Positions 1 through 11,505 of a stretch of DNA of 64,000 nt are shown here, piece by piece. This stretch comes from Lama guanicoe (taxonomy: Eukaryota), in contig MU054338.1 in NCBI GenBank assembly GCA_013239625.1, forward strand, positions 3,681,371 to 3,745,370. Direction: 5' to 3'. Under the pieces are notes generated by a model. It was given only the letters and a program-made list of their open reading frames with translations, had not been told where the DNA came from and searched no databases. The translations under genes and the position numbers were made by a program. Numbering within the stretch: the first letter of the stretch is position 1; each line of letters begins with the position of its first letter.

Positions 1-826
1 GGGACAGGAGAAGGCCAGGCATGAGCAAAGGGCCAGAGGTCTTGCGTCATCAGCCACTGCACACAAGGAGCCGAGCAGGACTGGGGACGCCCCTCTCTGC
101 ATCTGAGCAGAAGAGCCACTGCCTCTCCTCACCCCTCCCCTCCCTCCCTTAGTGCCTAGAAAGGCTCCACACCAAGGGCAAACCAGTCAGGAGCAAAAAC
201 TGTCCAAATGGATATCAAGACGCTTCCCGACAGGCTTTTCTCTCTACAGCTACAAGTGCAGAAGCTGAAATCACATTATTTTAGCAAAGCAAACTGGAGC
301 AGTTTCTATATGATCGACTTTTGCTCAAAAAAGTTTCCAAAACACTATGACATGACACTTTCGCTGAGCAGTAGTTGAGGGAAAATGACCAGGGCACAAT
401 GGATGTCCCCATGTGACATGGCAGAATGTGAAAGTGGAAATGACAAACTGCTTCAATAAACCATCTCCTGAGCAAAGATGAGAGCGGCCCAGGAGGTCGC
501 TGTGGGGCCGCTTCGGCCTGCAGACACCACAATACACAGACCAGCACACTCCTGGGTCGCTGTGTTAGTAATTTGGCAAGACTGAGGCCTCGACCCTGGG
601 GACCCTTCTATCAAACCCACACGTGGGTGCACTTGCCGCACAGGCCAGGGTGCAACTTCAGCCAGAGGTGATGACCAAGGACCAGGGTGAACCCCCACCT
701 TCGGTCGCAGGGGAAACAGACTAGGCGGCCAGCGAGCCCAGGCTACACAGGCGACTTGCTCAGGAAGAAGGACAACCATCCCAACAGGAGACCACCAACC
801 TGCCAGCCCAACTCGGCCCCACTCAC

Positions 827-963
827 CGCCGCCTCTCTGTCTCGCGGATTTCCCGTTCCCGCTGCCTCTGGCGCTCTCGTTCCCTTTGCTCTTTGATTTT
901 ATCAAACGACAAGATGTCTCTCTTCTCTTTGCTTTCTGACTTGCGATCCTGACTCTTAGAGCT
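827..963 (-). CDS. SAFB2: SAFB2 coding exon 14 (start of Glu/Arg-rich region; gene continues past left edge)
   Basis: [45 protein letters not shown]; 137 nt; donor GTGAGT. Confidence 0.94.
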
Positions 964-2149
964 CTGTTTACCAAAATTGATGTATTAATGTTAGAAAAAT
1001 GATTACAACAAACGCAAGATGAAAGTTAAGTGTGTGGATCTATCTGGATCAGACGAAGAGTCTTCCACCCCACACGGTTCAGAGACCCCAGTGCAGGCTG
1101 CTTCACTCCACACCCGAGTTTCACTGCCAGTCTTGGTTTCAAATGTGGCAAACAGGGCGTGGGTGGGAGAAGGCGGGATGAAACCCTCAGCACAGGCGTT
1201 CTGGAACAGCACAGCCCAGCACTCTGCACTACCTACAGCAAACCCGGCTTCTCAGAGGCACAGGGCTGGCGTGCACGATGCACGGCGGCCCGCCTGTTCA
1301 GCGGGGAAGCTGTCAAACCAGCTGTGTGGACAGCTGGATGATGGGCTGCATTTCTCACTTCTCAGCTGTTGGCTCAGGCCTCAGGCAGGTGGTCTCATAA
1401 CAGAACACTTTTGTGAAATGGCACTCCCAATGCGGTACAACATACTAATTTCTGGGATAAGCCAGGAAATGCTAACGGCTGACTCCCACTTCAGAGGTTC
1501 TCAAAGGCTGGGACTCCCCAACTGGCCACAAACTAGACTCTCCTAGGAAGTTTTTACACAGCTCAGAGCCCAGGGCCTCCTGCAGACACTGCCCCAGAGG
1601 CTCCAAGGGAGGAGCCGGGGAACATTTCCTAAAAGCTCCTCAGCTTCTTTTCTTCATTAGCTCATAAAGGGGAGAGAACATCAACAAAAGACAAGAAACC
1701 CCAAATAAAGATGGGCAAAGGTCATAACCAAATAAGAAGGGGACACACAGGACAGCCTCATTACAAGGAAAGATCCACAACCCAAAACATCACAGGAGAG
1801 GCAGAGTTTAGAGTCTGATCACACACACTGCAGGCTGGAGCAAGGAAGGACAGACACCCTACGTTCCAAGGTAAGCATGTGACCTAGTGGGGGAGGTAGT
1901 GGAGTCCCCAAATCGGATTCCTGGATCTATAACCTGGCCTTGCCACTTACTAGTGGCCTGGTACCTGCTACGCAATGAATGTAAGTATCTTCCAAAAACT
2001 TTCTGAAAGGCATTCTGATAGCATCCATCACAACGAATAACGTGCTGGCGGCTTTGGACAAGCAACCCCACCAATGGGCATTTCCCTGTTATAAAGCCTG
2101 CCAAGAGGCATGTACACCAATGTTGCAGCAGTTTGCAGTAGATGCGGGA

Positions 2150-2640
2150 ATAACCAAGTGTCTGTCACCAGGGGACTGGTTACAATGATCGCAGTGTTTC
2201 CATAAACTGACTAACACGAGCTTTACGAGGAGAAGGACACATGCTACCACCTGGATGGATTTCAGGGACATCATGCTGAGGGAAAAGGCCAATCTCAAGG
2301 GGTCACAGTTGATGATTCCATTTATACGCCATGACAACCTGTGGCAACGGAAAACAGGGCTGGTGGGGTGGGCATGACAATAAAGCAGTACTGAAGAGGC
2401 CAACTTTGTGCTGATGGACTAGCTCTGTGCCTGGGCCATGGTGGTGGTCACACGAATCTACACTGGTGACAGAACGTCCTGGCACCATACCCCCACCCCA
2501 GCTTTGAGACGGCGCTGCACAGTTACAAGAGAGGAACCATCGGGTGAAACCAGGTGATGGGTTCCTGGGACCTCAGTACTCTCTCCCACAACTTCCCGTG
2601 AATCTGTAATTATTTCAGAATTTAAACTTCTTTTTAAAAA
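2150..2640 (+). mobile_element. Old L1 3' end fragment
   Basis: GGATGGATTTCAGGGACATCATGCTGAG...GATTCCATTTATA typical of L1M 3' ends; edges approximate. Confidence 0.6.
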
Positions 2641-3659
2641 AAAGTAAAAAAGCAGGGCTGTATGCCCCAATACATAAAGCTCCCTGAGACGTACCACGTA
2701 CAGAGAGGTGCACGGCAGGGCGGTGCTTCAGCCGCGGCGTCTGAGGCGCAGGTGTGTGCGCCGGGGACGGGCCGTCCTCCGAGAGGGGCCGCGAGGAGCC
2801 CCGCCAGGCAGGCTGCTGCTTCACGCTGCGTCCTCCTGTACTATCTGTATGTTCTAATCACGTCTGCACTGCTATTTTTTTTTTAACATCAGAGTTACTT
2901 GGGTGTTAAGATTTTAGGCCTTTTTGGGTGTTCTTTTCTACATTTCTCTGTATTTCATGATTGTCCTACAGCCCACAGGAAAAACAGCATTAGATCTGCT
3001 GCTTTATAGAACTCAAATGTCCATTTCAGAATTAAGTCTTAACACCACAAAGTGTTCTTGGATGAATACTGTTAGCTCTGCACTCACTGAAGGGCACTGC
3101 TTTCCTTAACATTTTAGTTGGAACCTTCAGCTGGGATGCACAGGGTTTTGTTTCCCTGGGTAGAAAAAGTAAAATGAGAAGCAACTAGCTTGTCCAGTGG
3201 TGTGTACCACGTAAGCAATGGAGCTCCTCTGATTACACGAGACAGTCAGTTTTAGGATGGACTCTACTTTGCTTTTTGGTTAATTTAATAGAAAACAAGA
3301 AAAACTACTAAGGAAAATGAATAAAGTGCTATTAGATTAATCAAAGAGCAGGACCTGCCTTCCAACTTGAAAAGCCCTGGGTCTTGCTCACTCTGTCCAA
3401 CTTGTGAATCGGAGAAAGGGAATCACGGGACAAAATGGGCAAAGGGTCAACATGTTTATGGGAAACAAACATGATTAAATACTGTTTTGAAACAAGTTTT
3501 AGAACCTAATTCGTGTCTATATGTATAATCTACATAGTTAACAACATGCCTCTTGAGCACTTCACAGAACCCTTAAGATTTTAAAGGTGAAACAACATTG
3601 TTTTCATAACGCCAATCAAAGTGGTTGTTAAGCCATCATCAAAAATGGCTGGACTTGTC

Positions 3660-3763
3660 GGGGAGGGAGACAGCTCAGTGGTAGAGTGCATGCTTTAGCA
3701 TGCACGAGGTCCTGAGGTCCTGGGTTCAAACCCTGTTAAAATCTTAAAAAAAAAAAAAAAAAA
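3660..3763 (+). mobile_element. tRNA-Ala-derived SINE (camelid vic-1-like)
   Basis: GGGGAGGGAGACAGCTCAGTGGTAGAG...GGGTTCAAACCC plus poly(A); internal GAGGTCCT duplication. Confidence 0.85.
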
Positions 3764-3796
3764 GGCCTGACTTGAGCTGGCAGAAGCAATACTTAC

Positions 3797-3888
3797 TCTC
3801 TCTTTTGATCTGCTTGTGGTTTTCACACTAATGACAGGCTCCCCTTTCGATTTATCCATTACAACCGTTCGTTCCATTCCTCTGCTTC
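3797..3888 (-). CDS. SAFB2: SAFB2 coding exon 13
   Basis: [30 protein letters not shown]; 92 nt; donor GTAAGT. Confidence 0.94.
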
Positions 3889-5209
3889 CTTCAGGGAAAA
3901 ACACAGCAACTATGAAAACATGCTGACGCCTCGCTTCCCGACCGCGGGCAGCACTCGGGCTGACAGGGGCTCCCAATGCTTGCTCCACCAAGTGACTGAT
4001 GCTCAGCTCTGGGGCCTCACACCTCATCTCTCTCTTCACTGGGATACGAAGTCAGCACGGCCGATAGGGCCACATGGGGTTGGAGCGGCTGGCACTCCCT
4101 GACAGGCCTCTGTTCATCTAGATTGAAGCGCTGTGATCTGTTTGTATCTTACAGCATAAATGTGAACCAAAGTGCATTCTGCAACACGGGCACAGACAGG
4201 CCCAACCTGCAGGCTTCCTTCACCCCCATGCTAAATCCCAGCGCCTCCAAGGAGAACCAACTTCAATTTGTATTCCTCCCACACATCCTGGAGCGCTTGT
4301 GCTCTGAGTCAGACACTGCAGCTCTGAGGCCCCCACAAAACGGGTGGGCTCCCCTCATTCATCTACTGCAATAAAGGCTTCCAAACCGACATTCCCCTCA
4401 ATGACACGATAACCAGGCTCTAACCGCCAGAACAATGACTGACTTAGGGAGATTTACAATACTTGAGGAACGTTTTGAACACACGTTCCTCTTGAGACTG
4501 CTGGTAGATTACCCCAAACACTTAAGATGTAGCTTACAATGCGCCGTACCCAATTCCAAGGCTCCAGATGGCTGGGTTTTGTTTCTGTTTCACGGGGCGG
4601 GGGTTATGGGGGAACGCGGACTGGTTTTATTTTTTTCCACAAAACATTCTGTGGAATCTCATGCAAATCTGAGGGTGCAGAGCACAATAAAGTGGGGTTT
4701 TTTTTGGTGCCAAAACCCAGGAACAAAGCAATAAACTTCTGTAAAATAACAATAGAGGTGACGTGCTCCAATGCAACTACTTCAATGGGTACAGAAGTTC
4801 TCAGGTTTTAGTTTTCTCCACATTTTTTGCTACATCTGGCTTTAATATAAACACATGAAAAACTGGATCACACGCGTGCAGAACTGCATGGAATTAGTCA
4901 CAAGAATCAGGACACCTCCTCGCGAGTCCCACACTCTGGTCTGTCAGACTCAGGAAAAGCAAGAACCCAGGTCCCTGAGCCACCAATAAACACAGAACCT
5001 GACCAGGAAAACTCCAGATTTCTGTTGTCACAGAGAAACTCCTCTAAGTCATTTCATCACCTGAGGCTCTGTCGCTTTACAGCTTCCTGTGAACAGCACG
5101 GCTCAGCCAAGTCACCACGGTGCTGTGCTCACACGCTCCAACCCGAGCCCCGCCGCCGCCACCCCGGCCCGGCGCTCCCCTTCTTGCGAACTTGAAGGAC
5201 TCTCATCAC

Positions 5210-5340
5210 CTGATTTGGTAACTCTGGACCGATTTGTAGGTCCTGCTTTCAGTTCATCTTCGTCCTTTTCTTCCTTTTTAATGTCTTCAGGTTTTTTTTC
5301 TTCCTTTTTCTCGATCTTCTCTTCCTTCTTAATTACAGTT
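5210..5340 (-). CDS. SAFB2: SAFB2 coding exon 12
   Basis: [43 protein letters not shown]; 131 nt. Confidence 0.92.
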
Positions 5341-7939
5341 CTATTTAAAAACACAGTTATCAGACATGAGTCCCCAAGATTCTAACCCAAGCAGTCTGCA
5401 CTTACTCAGACTCCCACACGCAACAGACCTGTGCGACGGCAGCGGGAGGGGAAAATCATTTGAAAACCGCAGTACTCAAAATACCCTCTTTAGATACAGT
5501 CCCTATTCCCACTTAAGTTACTTGCTACGCCCAGGAACATGCCGGCTCATGGGGTCTTTTTCCAAAATGCTAGATGCACCGCAAACATTCATGAGAAACA
5601 CTCCACTACACAGGAAAGCCTGCTAAAAGCTAACTTTAAATGTTTCATTTTGTTTGTGTGGACTATTATTTTTAAGTTTTGTAGGGAAAAACGTTTTTTC
5701 CAAGTCAGTACAGTATAAAACAGAATGGAGACATAGTATGAGGATGGGCGGTGCCTGCTGTATGACGCAGGGGCCCCTCCCCTCCCCACCCACACACCGC
5801 ACCCGGTAACTTCTGCACACTCTGGGGGAGGTAAAATGGCATGTGACGTGCTAGAAATGTGGAGACTGTTAGTACATTTCAACTGAAGGCAGTTTTATTC
5901 TAAGCAGTGAAATAAATCATTGCTGCCATTCAAAGGTGTCTCCCGTATTCCCTATTGCTGTTTGTCTCAGGCAATTAAACTCCACACTTATTAAATGCCC
6001 ACTGTGTGCCAGGGTCCAGGACAGAGAAGCCAGGCCTCTCCAGGTCCACTAACCAGCACTTCCTGCCCTCTCTTCCCACCACCCGGGCAGAGCTCTGGAG
6101 GCCCAAGTAAACCTCTCCCAGATGCCACTCAGCTCACTCTTCCTCACTCCTCAACTTCCACAGCACAAAGCTGTCATCTTTAAAGTTGTATTTATTTTCA
6201 GTAATATTTTATTTTAAAGTAAAAAAAAAAATTGACAGTGTTTACCAGAACTGATCATTGTAAATGTCTTTAACATACTGGTTTCCCTTTAAAAAACAAA
6301 ACACTGTACACACAGCAGATGTCAGATACACTCATCCCCATGACAACACCACAGTGCCTTCACTGTCGCTCATTTGGCTCCGCCTCTCCTGGCTTTGCGT
6401 GCCCCTTCACATGACCATGATGCCCCATGTGACGCTCTACACCTCTTCAGACTGACACAGCTGGACGGGACTGGGGTGCTGCCCTACCACGCCTTCACCT
6501 CCTGCTCCACCCGTTAGGCCGCGCGGGCACAGGCACAGACCTGGGTCAGCCCCACCGCTGCCCGACAGCCCACGGTGATTCACCCAGCTCCCTTTTGACA
6601 GACTAGAGCCTGTTTCTGGCCCCTCCGTGACTGCAAATAAAGTCACCAGGGATCGTCTCTGACATGCCTCCTCCACAATTCCAGGGCGTTGCCTTCTCCC
6701 TCCCTGCAGACCTGAAAAATGTCTTGAAAGGACCCCTCACCCCTCCTACTTGTTCTGCACCCACACGGCACCTCACAGAAGAACTTCTTGATAACACTAA
6801 GTTAAAAAGCAATTTCTAAAAAATACATATGTAAGAAAACAGACTAGAGGGATATATACCAAGAAGCATCACCCCTGGGTAGTGGGGTTGTGCCCGATGT
6901 GCGTGCGCTTTCCCAGTGGCAACACCATAAAAACCACTACTCATCCGGGCAGCCAAGACAAGCCACCTCTTTGGAAAAGCTCTGTTTCACTCAGGCCGAC
7001 CACTAAACCTAGAAATTCTTAAAATAAACATCTAATGAAAAAAATAATAAGATTAAAAACAAGTCTTAAAATGCTCAGCCTCCTAGGCAAATCACTCGAA
7101 GGCAGTTTGGCTTCAAACATCCTAAGCTCACCCCCAGTGAAGCGCCCCTGCACCAGGGCAGCCACCCCCCAGCCGGCCTCAGGCTGGCGCCTGCCCGACC
7201 TTCTGAGCCATCTCTCCTTCCGCAGAGCACGGCCTGCACAGGACTGTTGCAGAGGCTGCAGAAGCCGTCTGACACACGCCAGCTAGCCACTATACCCCCC
7301 TTCCTCTTTCTGCAAACATTGCACTTTTGTGATAGAGAATCAATGAACAAAATGCATCTTGAGACAGAACACCAAGAACTCCCAAGTTCCCCTCGTTCGA
7401 CCAATACAAGGGTTTAGCACGACTGACAGGACGTGTCTCTTTGGAGAAGTTGTTGGTAAAATTAGTCTCTCTCCTTAATACGCGAAGACTAATCCAACAC
7501 CCACTTCTCACGGGTTTATACATTCCAGTTTGGCCACAGTGAAGATGGACAATCACATCTTTAAAAACCAAGTTCAGTGTATGAGTATTATGATGCCTAC
7601 AGGCATGTTTACTATAAATTTTTATGTTAAAAACAACAACAACAACAAAAATGGAATTACTGTGAGACTGACATTCTCAGCAAAGGGTTCAATTTTTAGA
7701 TGTAAGTGGACCTAGAAATGAAAATAAATTGTGTTGACAATATAAACTTAATGCAGACACTCAGCATTCTGAGAACAGCACCCTATCAGGCTCATCACCA
7801 AAGTCCACCTTCTCAAAAAGATAAACCTACGATTTTCATAAAAGTAAAGTAGGGAATGCCCTCTTTGAATGATCTGTCTCTATTTCCATCTCGATTAAAG
7901 ACATAAATCACCTTCTTTATAAAAATAGCATCTCAGACC

Positions 7940-8220
7940 TGTGGTTTCAAAACCACTGTGCCAAGGTACACCATGATGGGCAAACTCACAGTGCCCTGGG
8001 ATATTTTAAATTTCTGAGGGAAACACAGCAATACTTGACACCTGTCAGACACTGCATGAACTACTAGCTTGACGTCACTCATTTCAATATCAGATCAGGC
8101 TACATGCCTTTGGACGCCACTGTATCTTTGCAAAGCTGAGTTTTTACAGTTGCTGTGATAAAAACCAAGAACTGCGTGAAATCAATCTGGATGAGGAAAT
8201 GACTCCAAAGTCTGAGAGCC
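7940..8220 (+). mobile_element. hAT-Charlie-like DNA transposon fossil
   Basis: Resembles recalled Charlie consensus (GAGGGAAACACAGC...GAACTACTAGCT...GTTGCTGTGATAAAAA); subfamily not assigned. Confidence 0.55.
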
Positions 8221-8258
8221 ATGTAAGGACTCAGGACGTTAAGAATCAAGTAAAACTA

Positions 8259-8470
8259 CAACTGACCCTCCAACAACGTAGGGATTAGGGCACTGACCCT
8301 CCACAGTCGAAAACGCACATGTAATTTTACAACTGGCCCTTCCCACCCACAGTTCCACAGTCGCAGGTCCAGTCAACTGCGGGCCCTATAGAACTTTGTA
8401 GTTACTACTAAACATTCCCCATGTGAGTGGATCTATATAGTTCAAACCAGTGCTGTTTAAGGGTCAACTG
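8259..8470. mobile_element. TcMar-Tigger MITE (MER8-like)
   Basis: Terminal inverted repeats CAACTGACCCT...AGGGTCAACTG, preceded by TA. Confidence 0.75.
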
Positions 8471-8700
8471 TGTTAGTTTTTCATTCTGTTATTTTTTTTT
8501 TAACAGACCACTAACTTGCTTAGACACAAATAATTATTAAGTGGCAGCAAAATGCAAAAACCACCTGAGATTTAAATGAGGAGCTGGTGAGGCTGTCTAT
8601 GGGAAGGACACATGCTCGTTTCATGAGTGACCCTGTGGGGGCCGCCTGCCCTCTTCCCAGCCATCTTCTCAAGAGAAAGTTTTTTAAAAAATCACTTTAC

Positions 8701-8813
8701 TTTTCAACTTTGATTTCCACAGAATGATGTCTGTCAACATTCGACAATTTTTCCTTCTTCACTTCACACTCTTTTCTGTCAGACAGCTTTTTCCCAGCAG
8801 GTTCATTTTTGGC
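8701..8813 (-). CDS. SAFB2: SAFB2 coding exon 11
   Basis: [37 protein letters not shown]; 113 nt; donor GTAAAG. Confidence 0.9.
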
Positions 8814-8901
8814 CTAAAAAAAACACAGATAGATACAGCTCAGGGACCAGGTCTTCCAGCTTGCGAGCAACGTGAGTTACCACAGGTAAGAAGGGCCTCA
8901 C

Positions 8902-9051
8902 CTTCTCTACAGAGATCATTCTTCCGTGAAGCTCAGTTCTGTGGAGGTGGCTGATACACTTTGTGGCCTCATCGGAGGTGGACATGGTGACAAACCCATA
9001 GCACCGAGCCCCGGGACTGCGGGCGTTAGTCACCACTTTGGCCCCGACAAC
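8902..9051 (-). CDS. SAFB2: SAFB2 coding exon 10 (RRM C-half, RNP1)
   Basis: [50 protein letters not shown]; 150 nt. Confidence 0.97.
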
Positions 9052-10189
9052 CTTCGTGAGAAAGAAGACTCTTACTTTCTCATACAAATCACATTACATG
9101 TCAAAAACTGTTAGAGGTTAACTGATCATTGGAATCATTTTCACTTGCTTTTACTTCTCTGAAAATTATTGTTGCTCATAATTAGTTATTAAAGTGGTTC
9201 TAATTAACCCTGGCCTATCAAAATACAATTGCTTTTGATACAAGATCAGCCCTCACAGTGACAAAATACAAACAAGAAAAACTAAGACAGTTAAACTTCA
9301 CTAACACAGCTTGTTAATTAACCAAAAGTCCTTCCCACTTGGATCTTTCCAATTCCACCACACCCACTGATAGCTTCGGGGGTATCTACTCAGAAATGCA
9401 TGCCAATCCATGCAGGCCCAGGTGGAGAACAGCTCTGATACCGGTGCAGAGAGGGCTTCCGCGTCAAGCCAGAAAGGAGCACCGAGAATTTACTGTCCTA
9501 CTACCTCAAATAAAAACCCAGAGGAAATGTGGGCAACAAGGGTCTGCAGACACTGAGCAAGAGGCTGCACAGGATGGTGAGCCCTGCCAGGGGGGAACAC
9601 ACAAGGCCTGTCTCCTGTGACTGCTCCAGCGCACTGCCTAGAAACTCCAACCAGGGGCAGGGAGGAAGAAGTGAGGGGCAACGCCCCTAAGCTGAGCAGA
9701 CTGAGCTCAGAGTCTGGGGAGATGAAGGCAGCGAGCAATCAGAGCACCAGAGAGGAGAGGGCTGCACAAAGGCGATCCAAACAGGGGTGGTCCCGACCAG
9801 ACCACTTGTGTGAGGCGACCACCCAGGCTAGGGAGTCCCACGGGGAAGGGGCAGAGGGAAGTCAATCCCCAGGGCTCACTCAGGGCCACAAAGGGCTCAC
9901 TGTGGGAGGGGTCCACCAGCCGGGGGGCACCAAGCACAGTCCTCAGAAAGGCACCGTCTCGGGAGCGGACAAAGCCGGCCCCGAGCTGACGGCTGCCCTG
10001 GCCCGACCGACCAAGCCCAGCAGTAAGCCTCACAAGGAGCAAGTGACTGAACTGCACCCCAGCAGAAGCTCAAAGACGTTTACAGGCACAGAGGAAGGGC
10101 TGGCACCCCAAAAGGTAAAAGCCATATCACCTGGCATCCCATCAAAAACCACTAGGCTAGCCAAGAAGCAGGAAAATAGGGCTCTTTTA

Positions 10190-10262
10190 TTTTTAATGGA
10201 GGTACTAGGATTGAACCAGGATGCTAGGCACATGCTCTACCACTGAGCTATACCCTCCTCCC
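10190..10262 (-). mobile_element. tRNA-derived SINE
   Basis: Reverse complement of GGAGGGTATAGCTCAGTGGTAGAGCATGTGCCTAGCATCCTGGTTCAATCC. Confidence 0.8.
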
Positions 10263-11161
10263 AGGAAAGTATGGCTTTAGCAAAGAAAAACAGTCACTAG
10301 AAAGGACACAGTGACAGAATCAGTGGGCAAGGAGAGCCACAGCCTGTATGTTCAAGAAGGCAGAGCAGCAAGTGAGCATATCAGGTAAGCACATGGAAGA
10401 TACTTCAAACTTCTAAAACAGACACTAGATGGGACTCACACAGACATGGCAGAAGAAAAAATGAGGGAACTTGAAGACATAGTAAGAGGAACCATTCAAA
10501 ATGAAACTGATAAAAAAAGATGGAAAAAAACAAACGAACCAGAGCAACAGCAACCTGTGCAACAACCTGCAGAGTCCTCACCGGCAACGAGCACAGGAAA
10601 AAGCAAATGAAACCAAAGCACAGCAGCAGCATCTGCTCCAAACCAGCGGTCAAGAGAACATCCCGACAGCTGCCAAAGACAAGACGCATGTCCACCAAGG
10701 AGCAAAGATGAGAGGACGGCCAGCCCGCTGGAGACGACACAAGCCACGAGGAGCGGAGCGGCTGTGCAACCTAGGAGGAAACTGGCCAGCCCTGACTTCT
10801 ACACGCAGCCGAACAAAGGCAAGGAACAACTCTCTCAGACACAGCAAAAGCCGCAGGAAATCATCATCGCTAACCCTGCACCACCAGATATGTTTAAGGA
10901 GGGAGGAGAATGATACCCACGGGGAACCTGGATATACAAAAAGGAAAAAAGAACAGCCCTAAATGGTAAACACACGTGGGTAATTAAAAACCCATGTTCT
11001 TTTTCTTTAAAGAAACAAAACACACACACACACAGCTAATAATACACTGTGTGCCTGGTTAAACAGAAGTAACACGTAGAATGGTAACATCACAAAGGCC
11101 GGGAGGGTGCTGCCGTCGGGCTCCTTTACCATCCGGGAACTGGCGTAACGTCACAGGGAGC

Positions 11162-11290
11162 GGGGAGGAGGGTCTAGCTCAGGGGTAGAGCCTGTGCTTA
11201 GCATGCACGAGGTCCTGGGTTCAATCCCCAGCACCTCCACCAATCAATCAATCAATCAATCTATCAACCAATCTAATTACCATCCCCCCC
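11162..11290 (+). mobile_element. tRNA-derived SINE with (AATC)n tail
   Basis: A/B boxes, GGTTCAATCCCCAGCACCTCC, then (CAAT)n and CTAATTACC-poly(C) end. Confidence 0.85.
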
Positions 11291-11309
11291 AAATTGGTTA
11301 GAAAAATAA

Positions 11310-11505
11310 AAACTAAAAAAAAAGTGGACATTAAATATACTGAATACCTTGAAACAAAACAAAACTGGAAATACAACATACCAAAACTTATGAGATGCAG
11401 CAAAAGCAGTTCTAAGGGGGAAGTTCACAGCGATAAATGCCTACGTCAAGAAACAAGAAAAATCTCCAATAAATAATCCAACTGTACGCCTCAAAGAACT
11501 AGAAT
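11310..11505 (+). mobile_element. L1 ORF2 fragment
   Basis: ACCAAAACTTATGAGATGCAGCAAAAGCAGTTCTAAGGGGGAAGTTC resembles a decayed L1 ORF2 QNLWDAAKAVLRGKF segment. Confidence 0.75.

Noticed and set aside
9617..10962. 209-aa and 153-aa plus-strand ORFs in SAFB2 intron 9
   Set aside because: No recognisable homology; the first ends inside a SINE and the second lies in A-rich, probably decayed L1-derived sequence
11162..11240. tRNA-Ala genes (here and at the seven similar loci)
   Set aside because: Acceptor stems do not pair cleanly; copies carry A-rich tails, TSDs and scattered mutations typical of SINEs
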